In this document: positions 37,206 through 45,204 of the stretch, in pieces | Layout of the letters: each line of letters starts with the position of its first letter | Position numbering within the stretch: the first letter of the stretch is position 1 | From: an uncultured Frankineae bacterium | GTDB lineage: Bacteria > Actinomycetota > Actinomycetes > Mycobacteriales > SCTD01 | Direction of reading: 5' to 3' | Length of the DNA: 64,000 bases | NCBI GenBank assembly: GCA_902805775.1 | Contig: CADCUB010000085.1 | Span: forward strand, 17,184-81,183 | The notes under the pieces: model-generated | The model's input: the letters and a program-made list of their open reading frames with translations, nothing else | Told to the model about the DNA's origin: nothing | Database searches by the model: none | Translations under genes and position numbers: made by a program

Positions 37206-37786
37206 TGCCCTACAGCCCGCGCACCGCGCTCGTGGTGGTCGACGTGCAGAACGACTTCGCCGACCCGTCAGGCAGTCTCGCCGTGCACGGGGGTCCCGAG
37301 GTCGTCGCCGCGGCGAACGCCGAGGTGCGGGCCGCGACCACGGCCGGCGCTGCGGTGTTCTACACGCAGGACTGGCATCCCGCCGACACGCCGCACTTCG
37401 CCAAGGACGGCGGCACCTGGCCGGTCCACTGCGTGCGCGACACCTGGGGGGCGCAGCTGCACCCCGAGCTGCAGGTCGTCGGCGAGGTCGTGCGCAAGGG
37501 CGAGAACGGCGAGGACGGCTACTCCGGCTTCAGCATGCGTGACCCCGGGAGCGGTGAGGTGGTGCCCACCCGGCTCCCGGCGCTGCTGCGTGACGCCGGC
37601 GTCGAGGAGCTGGTCGTGGTCGGGCTGGCCACCGACTACTGCGTGCGGGCCACGGCCCTGGAGGGTCGGCAGCAAGGGTGGCCGGTGACGGTGCGGTGGT
37701 CAGCCGTGGCGGCCGTCGACGTCGAGCCCGGCGACGGCGAGCGCACCCGCGAGGACCTCGTCGCGGCGGGTGTCGTCATCGCATGA
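37205..37786 (+). CDS. pncA: nicotinamidase/pyrazinamidase
   Basis: The ATG overlaps the pncB stop (TGATG). Isochorismatase-fold motifs VVDVQNDF and GLATDYCV (catalytic Cys). Confidence 0.9.
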   Translation: MPYSPRTALVVVDVQNDFADPSGSLAVHGGPEVVAAANAEVRAATTAGAAVFYTQDWHPADTPHFAKDGGTWPVHCVRDTWGAQLHPELQVVGEVVRKGENGEDGYSGFSMRDPGSGEVVPTRLPALLRDAGVEELVVVGLATDYCVRATALEGRQQGWPVTVRWSAVAAVDVEPGDGERTREDLVAAGVVIA

Positions 37787-38567
37787 CGACGCTCCGCCCC
37801 TCCTCGACACCTCCGCCGGCGGTCCCTTGACCAGGCAGCCGCCGCCGGACGAGGCGGCCTGGCTGGCCTCCTACGACCCGGGCCGCTTCCCGCCGTTCGC
37901 CGTCACCGTCGACATGGTGCTGCTGACCGTGCGCCACGGGACCTTCAGCGTGCTGCTGGTCGAGCGCGACACCCATCCCTTCCGGGGCGATCTCGCGCTG
38001 CCGGGCGGATTCGTGCTGCCCGACGAGGATCTCGACGCCGCCGCGGTCCGCCGGCTCGAGCGCGAGACGGGTGTGCGCCGCGACGCCGCCCACGTCGAGC
38101 AGCTCGGCGCGTTCGGTGCGCCCGACCGCGACCCCCGCATGCGGGTCGTGAGCGTGGCCTACCTGGTCTTCGCCCCCGACCTCGAGGCGCCCTCGCCGGG
38201 TGAGGGCACGCGGTCGGTGAGCTGGTTCGCGGTCGACGAGGTCGACGGCGTCAGCCTGGCCTTCGACCACGGCCAGGTGCTCGCGGCAGGAGTCGAACGC
38301 GCGCGGGCCAAGCTCGAGTACACCCCGCTGGCAGCGGCTTTCGTCGGGCCCGAGTTCACGGTCGGTGAGCTGCGTCGGGTCTACGAGGCGGTGTGGGGGC
38401 ACCCGCTCGACCCCCGCAACTTCCACCGGAAGGTGACGGGCACCCCCGACTTCCTCGTCCCCGTGGGCCATCCCGCACCTGTCGGCCCGGGGGGCGGTCG
38501 GCCGGCGGCGCTGTTCCGGCGCGGACCCGCGACGGCGCTGCGTCCGGCGATGCTGCGTCCGAGCTGA
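37770..38567 (+). CDS. nrtR: Nudix-related transcriptional regulator (NrtR family): Nudix fold plus C-terminal winged helix
   Basis: Nudix-like box LPGGFVLPDEDLDAAAVRRLERETGV and a C-terminal wHTH region (FTVGELRRVYEAVWGHPLDPRNFHRKV). Genomic context with pncAB. The GTG at 37770 overlaps the pncA end by 17 nt, so the exact start is uncertain. Confidence 0.8.
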   Translation: MSSSHDDAPPLLDTSAGGPLTRQPPPDEAAWLASYDPGRFPPFAVTVDMVLLTVRHGTFSVLLVERDTHPFRGDLALPGGFVLPDEDLDAAAVRRLERETGVRRDAAHVEQLGAFGAPDRDPRMRVVSVAYLVFAPDLEAPSPGEGTRSVSWFAVDEVDGVSLAFDHGQVLAAGVERARAKLEYTPLAAAFVGPEFTVGELRRVYEAVWGHPLDPRNFHRKVTGTPDFLVPVGHPAPVGPGGGRPAALFRRGPATALRPAMLRPS

Positions 38568-38574
38568 GCTGCGC

Positions 38575-38760
38575 TCAGGCCGTGTCGTCCTGCGTCCGCG
38601 ACCGCTCCGCCTCGCGTTCCCGCCGACGTGCGCGCCGCTCGAGCAGGACGAACACCAGGAGGACCAGCAGGGGCAGCCCGACCGTGGCGACCTCCGGCAG
38701 GCCGCCGCCGTGCGCGAGGACGGGACCTCCTGCAGGCACGCTGCTCTCGAGCGGGCTCAC
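38575..38760 (-). CDS. small membrane protein (61 aa; one TM helix plus Arg/Glu-rich tail)
   Basis: The GTG at 38760 overlaps the stop of the 10-TM gene (GTGA). High GC3. TM segment VATVGLPLLVLLVFVLL. It is only visible as the last 61 codons of artefact ORF 38575..39951. Confidence 0.55.
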   Translation of the reverse strand: MSPLESSVPAGGPVLAHGGGLPEVATVGLPLLVLLVFVLLERRARRREREAERSRTQDDTA

Positions 38761-40067
38761 GACGACAGCAGCAGGGCCAGGCCACCCACGGTGAACGCGA
38801 CCATGACCGCCACCAGCGGGACCTGCGCCGCCGTCGAGCGGCGCGACGACTCGCGCACCGCACGGTCGTGCGCCAGCACCACGCCGACCACGTGGCCGAG
38901 GACGATCGCCGCCACCTGCACGTAGGCGATGGTCCGCGGGCTGACCGCGGTGTAGTCGACCGCCCGGCCGTAGGTGCCGAACAGGTCGACGCCGGGGAGC
39001 CCGAACGGGTTGCTCGCGAGGATCCACGTCGCCTGCCCGTCGAGCAGCAGCAGCGAGAAGTAGTGGGCGATGGCGTAGCCGGCAGCGATCGGGACGAGGG
39101 AGTGGGCGAACAGGACCGGCTGCCGCCGTGCCGGCTCGCCGGCGAGGACCCCGCCCAGAGCCGCCGCGCCGACGAACAGCACCGTCGCGAGCCCGATCAT
39201 GGCGAGCAGCCCCAGCGTGCCGGGAACTGCGGAGAGGTAGGCGGTCCGGCCCGGGCCGGCCTGCCAGAACTGCGTCCTCGACAGCCCGTCGAAGCCGGTG
39301 GAGCCGATCAGGACCATGACGACCGCGACGAGGCCGGGCTCTGGTCGCAGGCCGTCGGCGCCGTCGAGCGGCGACCGGACGACGAGCTGTCCGTCGGTGC
39401 GCCGGCCGAAGGGCGAGAGCCGTCCGAGCAGGCTGCTGTACACCTCGAACGCGTCGGCGCGGGCGAACCAGCCGGCACCGAACCACAGGGCACCGACGAG
39501 CTGCGCCACGCCGTACAGCACGAGGAAGACGCCGACCGTGCGCGGCTCGGCGCGGCCGGGGAGCACGAGCTCCAGCTCGACGAAGCACAGCAGCGCGACG
39601 GCGGCCGGCCAGTAGCCCAGCGCGGGGAGGCGGTCGGCTGCCGGTGCCGGGCCGGTGAGGCCTGCGACGGCGGCGTGCAGCGTCCGCAGCGGGTTGACGT
39701 AGGCCCAGACCGGCCCGAGCAGCAGCGAGGCCGGGATCAGCCCGACCCACAGCGTCACGTACAGCGCGTACGGGGCGAGGTTGTCGTTGGCCGTGAGCGG
39801 ACCGAACAGCGCCACGGCGACGACCAGCAGCGTCAGGGCCAGCACGACGGCCCGGGCGACCCGGAGCAGGGCGGGTCCGTCGACCAGGCGCTGAACGGGC
39901 TGCGGCAGCGGACGGCCGGCGGCGTCGCCCTGCAGGCGCGGACGACGCCACAGCACGACCAGGGCCAGGAAGCTGACGGCCACCGCGAGCCCCGCGCCGG
40001 GGAGCGCGAGCGAGAGCGGCACCGGCAGGTCCGCGCGCCCGCCGACGCCGTGCGCCAGGACGATCAT
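38757..40067 (-). CDS. polytopic membrane protein of unknown function (about 10 TM helices)
   Basis: The ATG at 40067 overlaps the lipoprotein stop (ATGA). N-terminus MIVLAHGVGGRADLPVP followed by about 10 hydrophobic segments. High GC3. Confidence 0.8.
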   Translation of the reverse strand: MIVLAHGVGGRADLPVPLSLALPGAGLAVAVSFLALVVLWRRPRLQGDAAGRPLPQPVQRLVDGPALLRVARAVVLALTLLVVAVALFGPLTANDNLAPYALYVTLWVGLIPASLLLGPVWAYVNPLRTLHAAVAGLTGPAPAADRLPALGYWPAAVALLCFVELELVLPGRAEPRTVGVFLVLYGVAQLVGALWFGAGWFARADAFEVYSSLLGRLSPFGRRTDGQLVVRSPLDGADGLRPEPGLVAVVMVLIGSTGFDGLSRTQFWQAGPGRTAYLSAVPGTLGLLAMIGLATVLFVGAAALGGVLAGEPARRQPVLFAHSLVPIAAGYAIAHYFSLLLLDGQATWILASNPFGLPGVDLFGTYGRAVDYTAVSPRTIAYVQVAAIVLGHVVGVVLAHDRAVRESSRRSTAAQVPLVAVMVAFTVGGLALLLSS

Positions 40068-40555
40068 GCGACCCTCAGCTGGAACAGGGCCTTGCCGGAC
40101 TCGTGCAGCTCGACCTCGAAGACGCCGGGGATGGAGGCGGTCAGCGGGATGTCCACCGAGCCGCCCGCGGGGACGTCCTGCTCCAGGTCGTAGCCGTGCA
40201 CGTGCACCTGCTCGGCGACGTCGCTCGTGACCCGCAGGACCACACGCTCGCCCAGCCGCACCTCCTCGCGACCGGAGGTGCCCGTGACCTGCCCACCGGC
40301 GGCGGCGACCGCGATCGTGCGCACCTGCGGGGTCGGGGTGGTGGTCGGCTCGGCCGGAGCCGGCGTCGCGCTGGGCGCCTCGGCGGGAGCAGAGGCCGAC
40401 GCGGACGCGGACGCCGACGGGGCGGACGGAGCGGACGCCGCGGCCCCGGCGGTGTCCGGCGAGTCCACGCCCGCCGCGCACCCGCTGAGACCGGCGGCCA
40501 GCGCGACGGCGACCGCCGCGTGGAGCAGGGCGGGGACGGCGGCGGTGCGGGCCAC
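40064..40555 (-). CDS. lipoprotein with C-terminal cupredoxin-like/beta-sandwich domain (function unknown)
   Basis: GTG at 40555 with AAGGAG about 6 nt upstream. Signal peptide with lipobox LSGC, an Ala/Ser/Pro linker, and a domain containing QVHVHGYDLE...GVFEVELHESG. Confidence 0.75.
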   Translation of the reverse strand: MARTAAVPALLHAAVAVALAAGLSGCAAGVDSPDTAGAAASAPSAPSASASASASAPAEAPSATPAPAEPTTTPTPQVRTIAVAAAGGQVTGTSGREEVRLGERVVLRVTSDVAEQVHVHGYDLEQDVPAGGSVDIPLTASIPGVFEVELHESGKALFQLRVA

Positions 40556-40577
40556 GGCTCTCCTTGCAGGACGGAGG

Positions 40578-40604
40578 GGACCGCGGACGGACCGGCCGCG
40601 GTCC
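40578..40604. repeat. inverted repeat in the divergent lipoprotein-operon/rhodanese control region
   Basis: Perfect 9-bp arms ggaccgcgg / ccgcggtcc separated by 9 nt. Flanking gg(a)gg/cctcc can extend the stem with a bulge. Confidence 0.5.
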
Positions 40605-40648
40605 TCCTGAACGGTAGCGGCGGGTGCGAGGACGGGCATGCTGGTCCG

Positions 40649-40993
40649 ATGGACGCTGACGCAGACCCGACCGAGGTCGACGTGCGGGAGGCCGCGCGCG
40701 CCGCCACGGCCGGGGAGGCGCTGCTGCTCGACGTGCGGGAGCACCACGAGTGGGCGCACGGCCGGGCACCGCTGGCGGTGCACGTCCCGATGGGCGAGCT
40801 CCGGCAGGACACCGTCCCTCGTGACCGGCCGGTGCTGGCGGTGTGCCGCGTAGGCGGTCGGTCGGCGGCGGTCGCCTCGGCGCTCGTGCAGCTCGGCTAC
40901 GACGTGCGCAACGTCACCGGCGGGATGCTCGCCTGGTCGGCGGCCGGGCTGCCCGTCGTCCGCGACGGCGGTGAGCCGGGGACCGTCGTCTAG
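40649..40993 (+). CDS. single-domain rhodanese-like protein
   Basis: 114 aa with an ATG start. Active-site loop CRVGGRS. Typical LLDVREHHEW...VHVP context. Confidence 0.85.
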   Translation: MDADADPTEVDVREAARAATAGEALLLDVREHHEWAHGRAPLAVHVPMGELRQDTVPRDRPVLAVCRVGGRSAAVASALVQLGYDVRNVTGGMLAWSAAGLPVVRDGGEPGTVV

Positions 40994-41020
40994 GCGCCGG
41001 TCCCGCTCAAAGCGGGGGTG

Positions 41021-41103
41021 TGGGCGAGGGGGGAGTTGAACCCCCACGTCCTTTCGGACACACGGACCTGAACCGTGCGCGTCTGCCATTCCGCCACTCG
41101 CCC
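41021..41103 (-). tRNA. tRNA-Leu (anticodon CAG)
   Basis: The reverse complement is GGGCGAG...CTCGCCCA. Anticodon arm CACGG-TTCAGGT-CCGTG, long variable arm, T-arm GGGGG-TTCAACT-CCCCC. Confidence 0.93.
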
Positions 41104-41197
41104 GAGTGCGGTCAGCAGGCTAGCACCCGCGCGCCGCAGTCCCGTGATCCGCAGAGCCCCCGACTACGCTCGACGTCCACAGGGAAGGGGAACCGGC

Positions 41198-41887
41198 GTG
41201 GGAGTGCTCCAGCGCTTCGAGCGTCGGCTCGAAGGTCTCGTCGAGGGTGCCTTCGCCCGTGTCTTCGGCGGGGTGGTCCAGCCGGTCGAGGTGGCTGCTG
41301 CCCTGCAGCGGGAGGCCGCCGACAAGAAGCAGATCGTCGGCCAGGGACGCGTCCTGGTCCCCAACTCGTTCGTGGTCGAGCTCGGTCCGACCGACCTCGA
41401 GCGCTTCGCCGAGTGGGACGCCCCCCTGCGCAGCGAGCTGGCCGGCATGGTGCAGGAGCACGCCCGCGACTCGGGCTGGTCCTTCGTCGGCGACGTCGAG
41501 GTGACGTTCGAGCGCTCCGACGAGATCGACACCGGGGTGTTCCGCGTGCGCAGCAGCGTCGTGGCCGCCGACGTCCCGGCTCACGCCACCGCCGGCATCG
41601 GGCGACCCCGGCTCGTCCTGCAGACGGTGCCCGAGCGCGTCGTGCTGCTGACCCGCCCGGTGACGGTCGTCGGGCGGGGCGCCGACGCCGACCTGCGCCT
41701 GGAGGACACCGGAGTCTCCCGGGCGCACGCCGAGCTGCGGCTCGACGGCAGCACCGTGCGGGTGGTGGACCTGCAGTCGACCAACGGCACCCTGCTCAAC
41801 GGCCGTCGGGTGCGCATCGCGACGCTGAGCGACGGCGACCGCCTCGACCTCGGCGGCACCGCGCTGGTCTTCCGGTCGGAGGGCTGA
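41198..41887 (+). CDS. fhaA: FHA domain protein FhaA (DUF3662 N-terminal domain plus C-terminal FHA)
   Basis: The GTG at 41198 gives the conserved N-terminus (M)GVLQRFERRLEGLVEGAF. C-terminal FHA motifs GRG...D..VSR.HA....STNGT. Confidence 0.9.
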   Translation: MGVLQRFERRLEGLVEGAFARVFGGVVQPVEVAAALQREAADKKQIVGQGRVLVPNSFVVELGPTDLERFAEWDAPLRSELAGMVQEHARDSGWSFVGDVEVTFERSDEIDTGVFRVRSSVVAADVPAHATAGIGRPRLVLQTVPERVVLLTRPVTVVGRGADADLRLEDTGVSRAHAELRLDGSTVRVVDLQSTNGTLLNGRRVRIATLSDGDRLDLGGTALVFRSEG

Positions 41888-42384
41888 TGGGCAGCGCCCT
41901 GGTCGTCGCTGCGGTGAAGTTCGGCCTGCTGGCCCTGCTCTGGCTGTTCGTCGTGATCGCGTTCCGCACGGTGCGCAGCGACCTGTACGGCACGGGCGCC
42001 CGTACGCCCGCTGCAGCGCGACCGGTCGCCGCCGCCGCCGCTCCCCGCTCCCCCGCTGCTCCGCCGGGTCCGGGTGGCCGCCGCGGCCGCAGCGCCGCCC
42101 GCCGGCTGGTGGTCACCGAGGGCGCCCTCGCGGGCACGACGATCGGGCTGGGCGACGGCCCGGTCACCCTCGGCCGGGCGGACGACTCGACCCTGGTGCT
42201 CACCGACGACTACGCGAGCAGCCGGCACGCCCGGCTGGTCCCCGGCGACGGGGCCTGGCTGGTCGAGGACCTCGGCTCGACCAACGGCACCTACCTGGGT
42301 GCGGCCAAGGTCGTGCGGCCCACGCCGGTCCCGCTCGGGCAGCAGATCCGGATCGGCAAGACCGTCCTCGAGCTGCGTCGATGA
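41887..42384 (+). CDS. fhaB: membrane-anchored FHA domain protein FhaB/FipA
   Basis: The ATG overlaps the fhaA stop (TGATG). N-terminal TM helix, Pro/Ala linker and an FHA domain (LGRADDSTLVL.D.YASSRHARL...STNGTYL). Confidence 0.9.
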   Translation: MGSALVVAAVKFGLLALLWLFVVIAFRTVRSDLYGTGARTPAAARPVAAAAAPRSPAAPPGPGGRRGRSAARRLVVTEGALAGTTIGLGDGPVTLGRADDSTLVLTDDYASSRHARLVPGDGAWLVEDLGSTNGTYLGAAKVVRPTPVPLGQQIRIGKTVLELRR

Positions 42385-42418
42385 CCTCCGGGGCGCCGGC
42401 GGACGGCGGGACGCGGCG

Positions 42419-43750
42419 GTGACGCTGGCACTGCGCTTCGCGGCGCGCTCGCACACCGGTCTGCTGCGGGAGGGCAACGAGGACTCGGTCTACGCCGGTC
42501 CGCGCGTGCTCGCCGTCGCCGACGGCATGGGCGGTCACGCCGCCGGGGAGGTCGCCTCGGCGATCGCCATCGCCGCCCTGGCGCCGCTCGACGAGGACGC
42601 CCCCGGCAACGACCTGCTCGACGTCCTGCGCGAGCGGGCCACGGCCGCCAACGCGCACCTGCGCGACATGGTGACCGGCGACGCCGGCCTGGACGGCATG
42701 GGCACGACCCTCACGGCGTTCCTGTTCGCCGGCACCCGGCTGGGCGTGATCCACATCGGGGACTCGCGCGCCTACCTGCTGCGCGACGGCGTGCTGACGC
42801 AGATCACCCACGACCACACGCTCGTGCAGGCCCTCGTCGACGAGGGGCGGATCAGCCTCGAGGAGGCCGGCAGCCACCCCCAGCGCTCCCTCATCACCCG
42901 TGCGCTCGACGGACGCGAGGGCATCGAGCCCGACCTGTCCGTGCGGGAGGTGCGGCCGGGCGACCGCTACCTGCTGTGCACCGACGGCCTGACCGGACCC
43001 GTGGCCCGCACGGAGACGCTGCAGGAGGCGCTGGAGATCGCCGACCCGCAGGAGGCCTGCGACCGCCTGGTGCAGCTCGCCCTGCGCGGCGGTGGGCCCG
43101 ACAACGTCACGGTCATCGTCGCCGACGTCGTCGAGGGCAACGGCCTGCGTCCCTCCGCCGCCGTGGTGGCCGGCGCGGCGGCCGACGCGCCGCAGCCGCC
43201 GCCGGACGGCATCGCCGGCTCGGCGGCCGCACGAGCCCGCACTGCGGAGGGCCGGGACGTGGAACGGGTCCGGGACCCCGCGACGACCGGTCCGCCGGCC
43301 GAGCCGTCCGCTCGGGCCGCGGGCCGCCCGCGCGTCCCTCGCCGGACCGCCCTGCTCGGCCTGCTCGTCCTGACCCTGCTCGTCGTCGGAGCCGGGGCCG
43401 GCTACGCCTACGTCCGCTCCCAGTACTACGTGGGCGTCGACGGCCGGGCCGTCGCCATCTACCGCGGAGTGCCCGGCTCGCTGGCCGGGGTCGACTTCGC
43501 CACCGTCTCCCAGCGCAGCGCGCTCGACGTCGAGCGCCTGGACCGGCTCTGGCGCTCCCGGGTGGAGCGGGGGATCCCCGCACGCGACCGCCCCCACGCC
43601 GAGACCATCGTGGACCGGCTGGCCGACGAGAACCCCGAGTGCACACCCGCCACACCCACGCCTGGCCCCACTCCGTCGGCCGGCGCGGCAGAGGCCCCCG
43701 ACGCGGTCCCGCCCGCCCTCGCCGTCGTGTGCCCGGCGGGTGCGTCGTGA
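42419..43750 (+). CDS. pstP: PP2C-family Ser/Thr phosphatase PstP with TM helix and extracellular tail
   Basis: The GTG at 42419 gives (M)TLALRFAARSHTGLLREGNEDS. Motifs VADGMGGHAAGEVAS and GGPDNVT, and a TM segment LLGLLVLTLLVVGAGAGYAYV. Confidence 0.9.
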   Translation: MTLALRFAARSHTGLLREGNEDSVYAGPRVLAVADGMGGHAAGEVASAIAIAALAPLDEDAPGNDLLDVLRERATAANAHLRDMVTGDAGLDGMGTTLTAFLFAGTRLGVIHIGDSRAYLLRDGVLTQITHDHTLVQALVDEGRISLEEAGSHPQRSLITRALDGREGIEPDLSVREVRPGDRYLLCTDGLTGPVARTETLQEALEIADPQEACDRLVQLALRGGGPDNVTVIVADVVEGNGLRPSAAVVAGAAADAPQPPPDGIAGSAAARARTAEGRDVERVRDPATTGPPAEPSARAAGRPRVPRRTALLGLLVLTLLVVGAGAGYAYVRSQYYVGVDGRAVAIYRGVPGSLAGVDFATVSQRSALDVERLDRLWRSRVERGIPARDRPHAETIVDRLADENPECTPATPTPGPTPSAGAAEAPDAVPPALAVVCPAGAS

Positions 43751-45204
43751 CGGCCCCGACGGTCGCGCCGGCTGCCCCTCCACGCCGGGGGACGGAGCTG
43801 CTGCTCACCACGTTCGCCGTCCTGATCGCCGTCCTGGCCTACACCGCAGTCGGTCTGGCCATCGACGGGCGCGTGCCGTCCGGCACCCTGGGCTACGGCC
43901 TCGGGCTGGGCGCGCTCTTCCTGCTCGCCCACCTCGTCGTGCGCTACGCCGCGCCGTACGCCGACCCGCTCCTGCTGCCGTCGGTGGCGCTGCTGAACGG
44001 CCTGGGCCTGGTGATCATCCGCCGGCTGGACTTCGCCGCTGCGGAGCGCGCCGCTCAGCTCGGTCGCGCGGTGCCGGCGGGAGAGGCGCCCCGCCAGCTG
44101 GTCTGGACCGCGGTGGGCATCGCCGCCCTCGTCGCCGTCCTGCTGCTCGTGCGCGACCACACCCGCCTGCAGCGCTACACCTACACCGCGGCGGTCACCG
44201 GCCTGGTGCTCCTCCTGCTGCCCGCGCTGCCCGTGCTCGGGCGCACCATCAACGGGGCGCGCCTGTGGATCCGGGTGGGGCCGTTCACGCTGCAGCCCAG
44301 CGAGGTCGCCAAGCTCCTGCTGATCCTGTTCTTCGCCGGCTACCTCGTCGCCAAGCGCGACGTCCTGTCGCTGGCCAGCCGCCGGGTCCTCGGGCTCGAC
44401 CTGCCCCGCGCCCGCGACCTGGGCCCCGTCCTGCTCGCCTGGGCGGCCAGCCTCGCGGTCCTGGTCCGTGGGCGTGACCTCGGGAGCTCCCTGCTGTTCT
44501 TCGCGCTGTTCGTCGTCATGCTCTACGTCGCCACCGAGCGCACGAGCTGGCTCGTCATCGGCGTGGGGCTCTTCCTGGGCGGCGCGTGGGTGGCGTACCA
44601 GCTCTTCAGCCACGTCCAGCGCCGGGTCGACATCTGGCTCGACCCGTTCGAGGACCCCGACGGAGCGGGCTTCCAACTGGTGCAGTCGCTGTTCGGCTTC
44701 GGCACAGGTGGTCTCACCGGGACGGGCCTGGGTGAGGGCCGTCCGAGCACGGTCCCGTTCGCGAGCACCGACTTCATCATGGCGGCCATCGGCGAGGAGC
44801 TCGGGCTGGTCGGGGTCATGGCCGTGCTGCTCGTCTTCGGGCTCATCGTCGAGCGCGGCCTGCGCACGGCGCTCGCCGTCCGCGACTCGTTCGGCAAGCT
44901 GCTGGCGGCGGGCCTGTCGTTCTCGCTCGCCCTCCAGGTCTTCGTCATCGTCGGGGGCGTCACCGGACTGATCCCGCTGACGGGGGTCACCCTGCCGTGG
45001 CTGTCGTACGGCGGCTCGTCGATCGTCGCCAACTGGGCGCTGATCGCGCTCCTGCTGCGGATCAGCGACGCGGCGCGACGCCCGGTGGCCGCTCCCGTCA
45101 CACCCGAGCTGGCACGCGCAGCGCTGCAGTCGGCGCAGACGCAGGTGGTGCGTCGCCCGCCGCGCCCACCGTCGGATCTGCCTGCGCAGCGGGAGGATCC
45201 GTGA
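43747..45204 (+). CDS. rodA: FtsW/RodA/SpoVE (SEDS) family peptidoglycan polymerase
   Basis: The GTG overlaps the pstP stop (GTGA). About 10 TM helices and SEDS motifs (GARLWI..GPFTLQPSE.AK, TDFIMAAIGEELG, LPWLSYGGSS). Confidence 0.9.
   Translation: MTAPTVAPAAPPRRGTELLLTTFAVLIAVLAYTAVGLAIDGRVPSGTLGYGLGLGALFLLAHLVVRYAAPYADPLLLPSVALLNGLGLVIIRRLDFAAAERAAQLGRAVPAGEAPRQLVWTAVGIAALVAVLLLVRDHTRLQRYTYTAAVTGLVLLLLPALPVLGRTINGARLWIRVGPFTLQPSEVAKLLLILFFAGYLVAKRDVLSLASRRVLGLDLPRARDLGPVLLAWAASLAVLVRGRDLGSSLLFFALFVVMLYVATERTSWLVIGVGLFLGGAWVAYQLFSHVQRRVDIWLDPFEDPDGAGFQLVQSLFGFGTGGLTGTGLGEGRPSTVPFASTDFIMAAIGEELGLVGVMAVLLVFGLIVERGLRTALAVRDSFGKLLAAGLSFSLALQVFVIVGGVTGLIPLTGVTLPWLSYGGSSIVANWALIALLLRISDAARRPVAAPVTPELARAALQSAQTQVVRRPPRPPSDLPAQREDP

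Noticed and set aside
38761-39951. Upper part of the 458-aa ORF 38575..39951, plus 38628..40193 on the plus strand
   Set aside because: They are off-frame or antisense to the 10-TM membrane protein. Only the last 61 codons (38575..38760) look like an independent gene.
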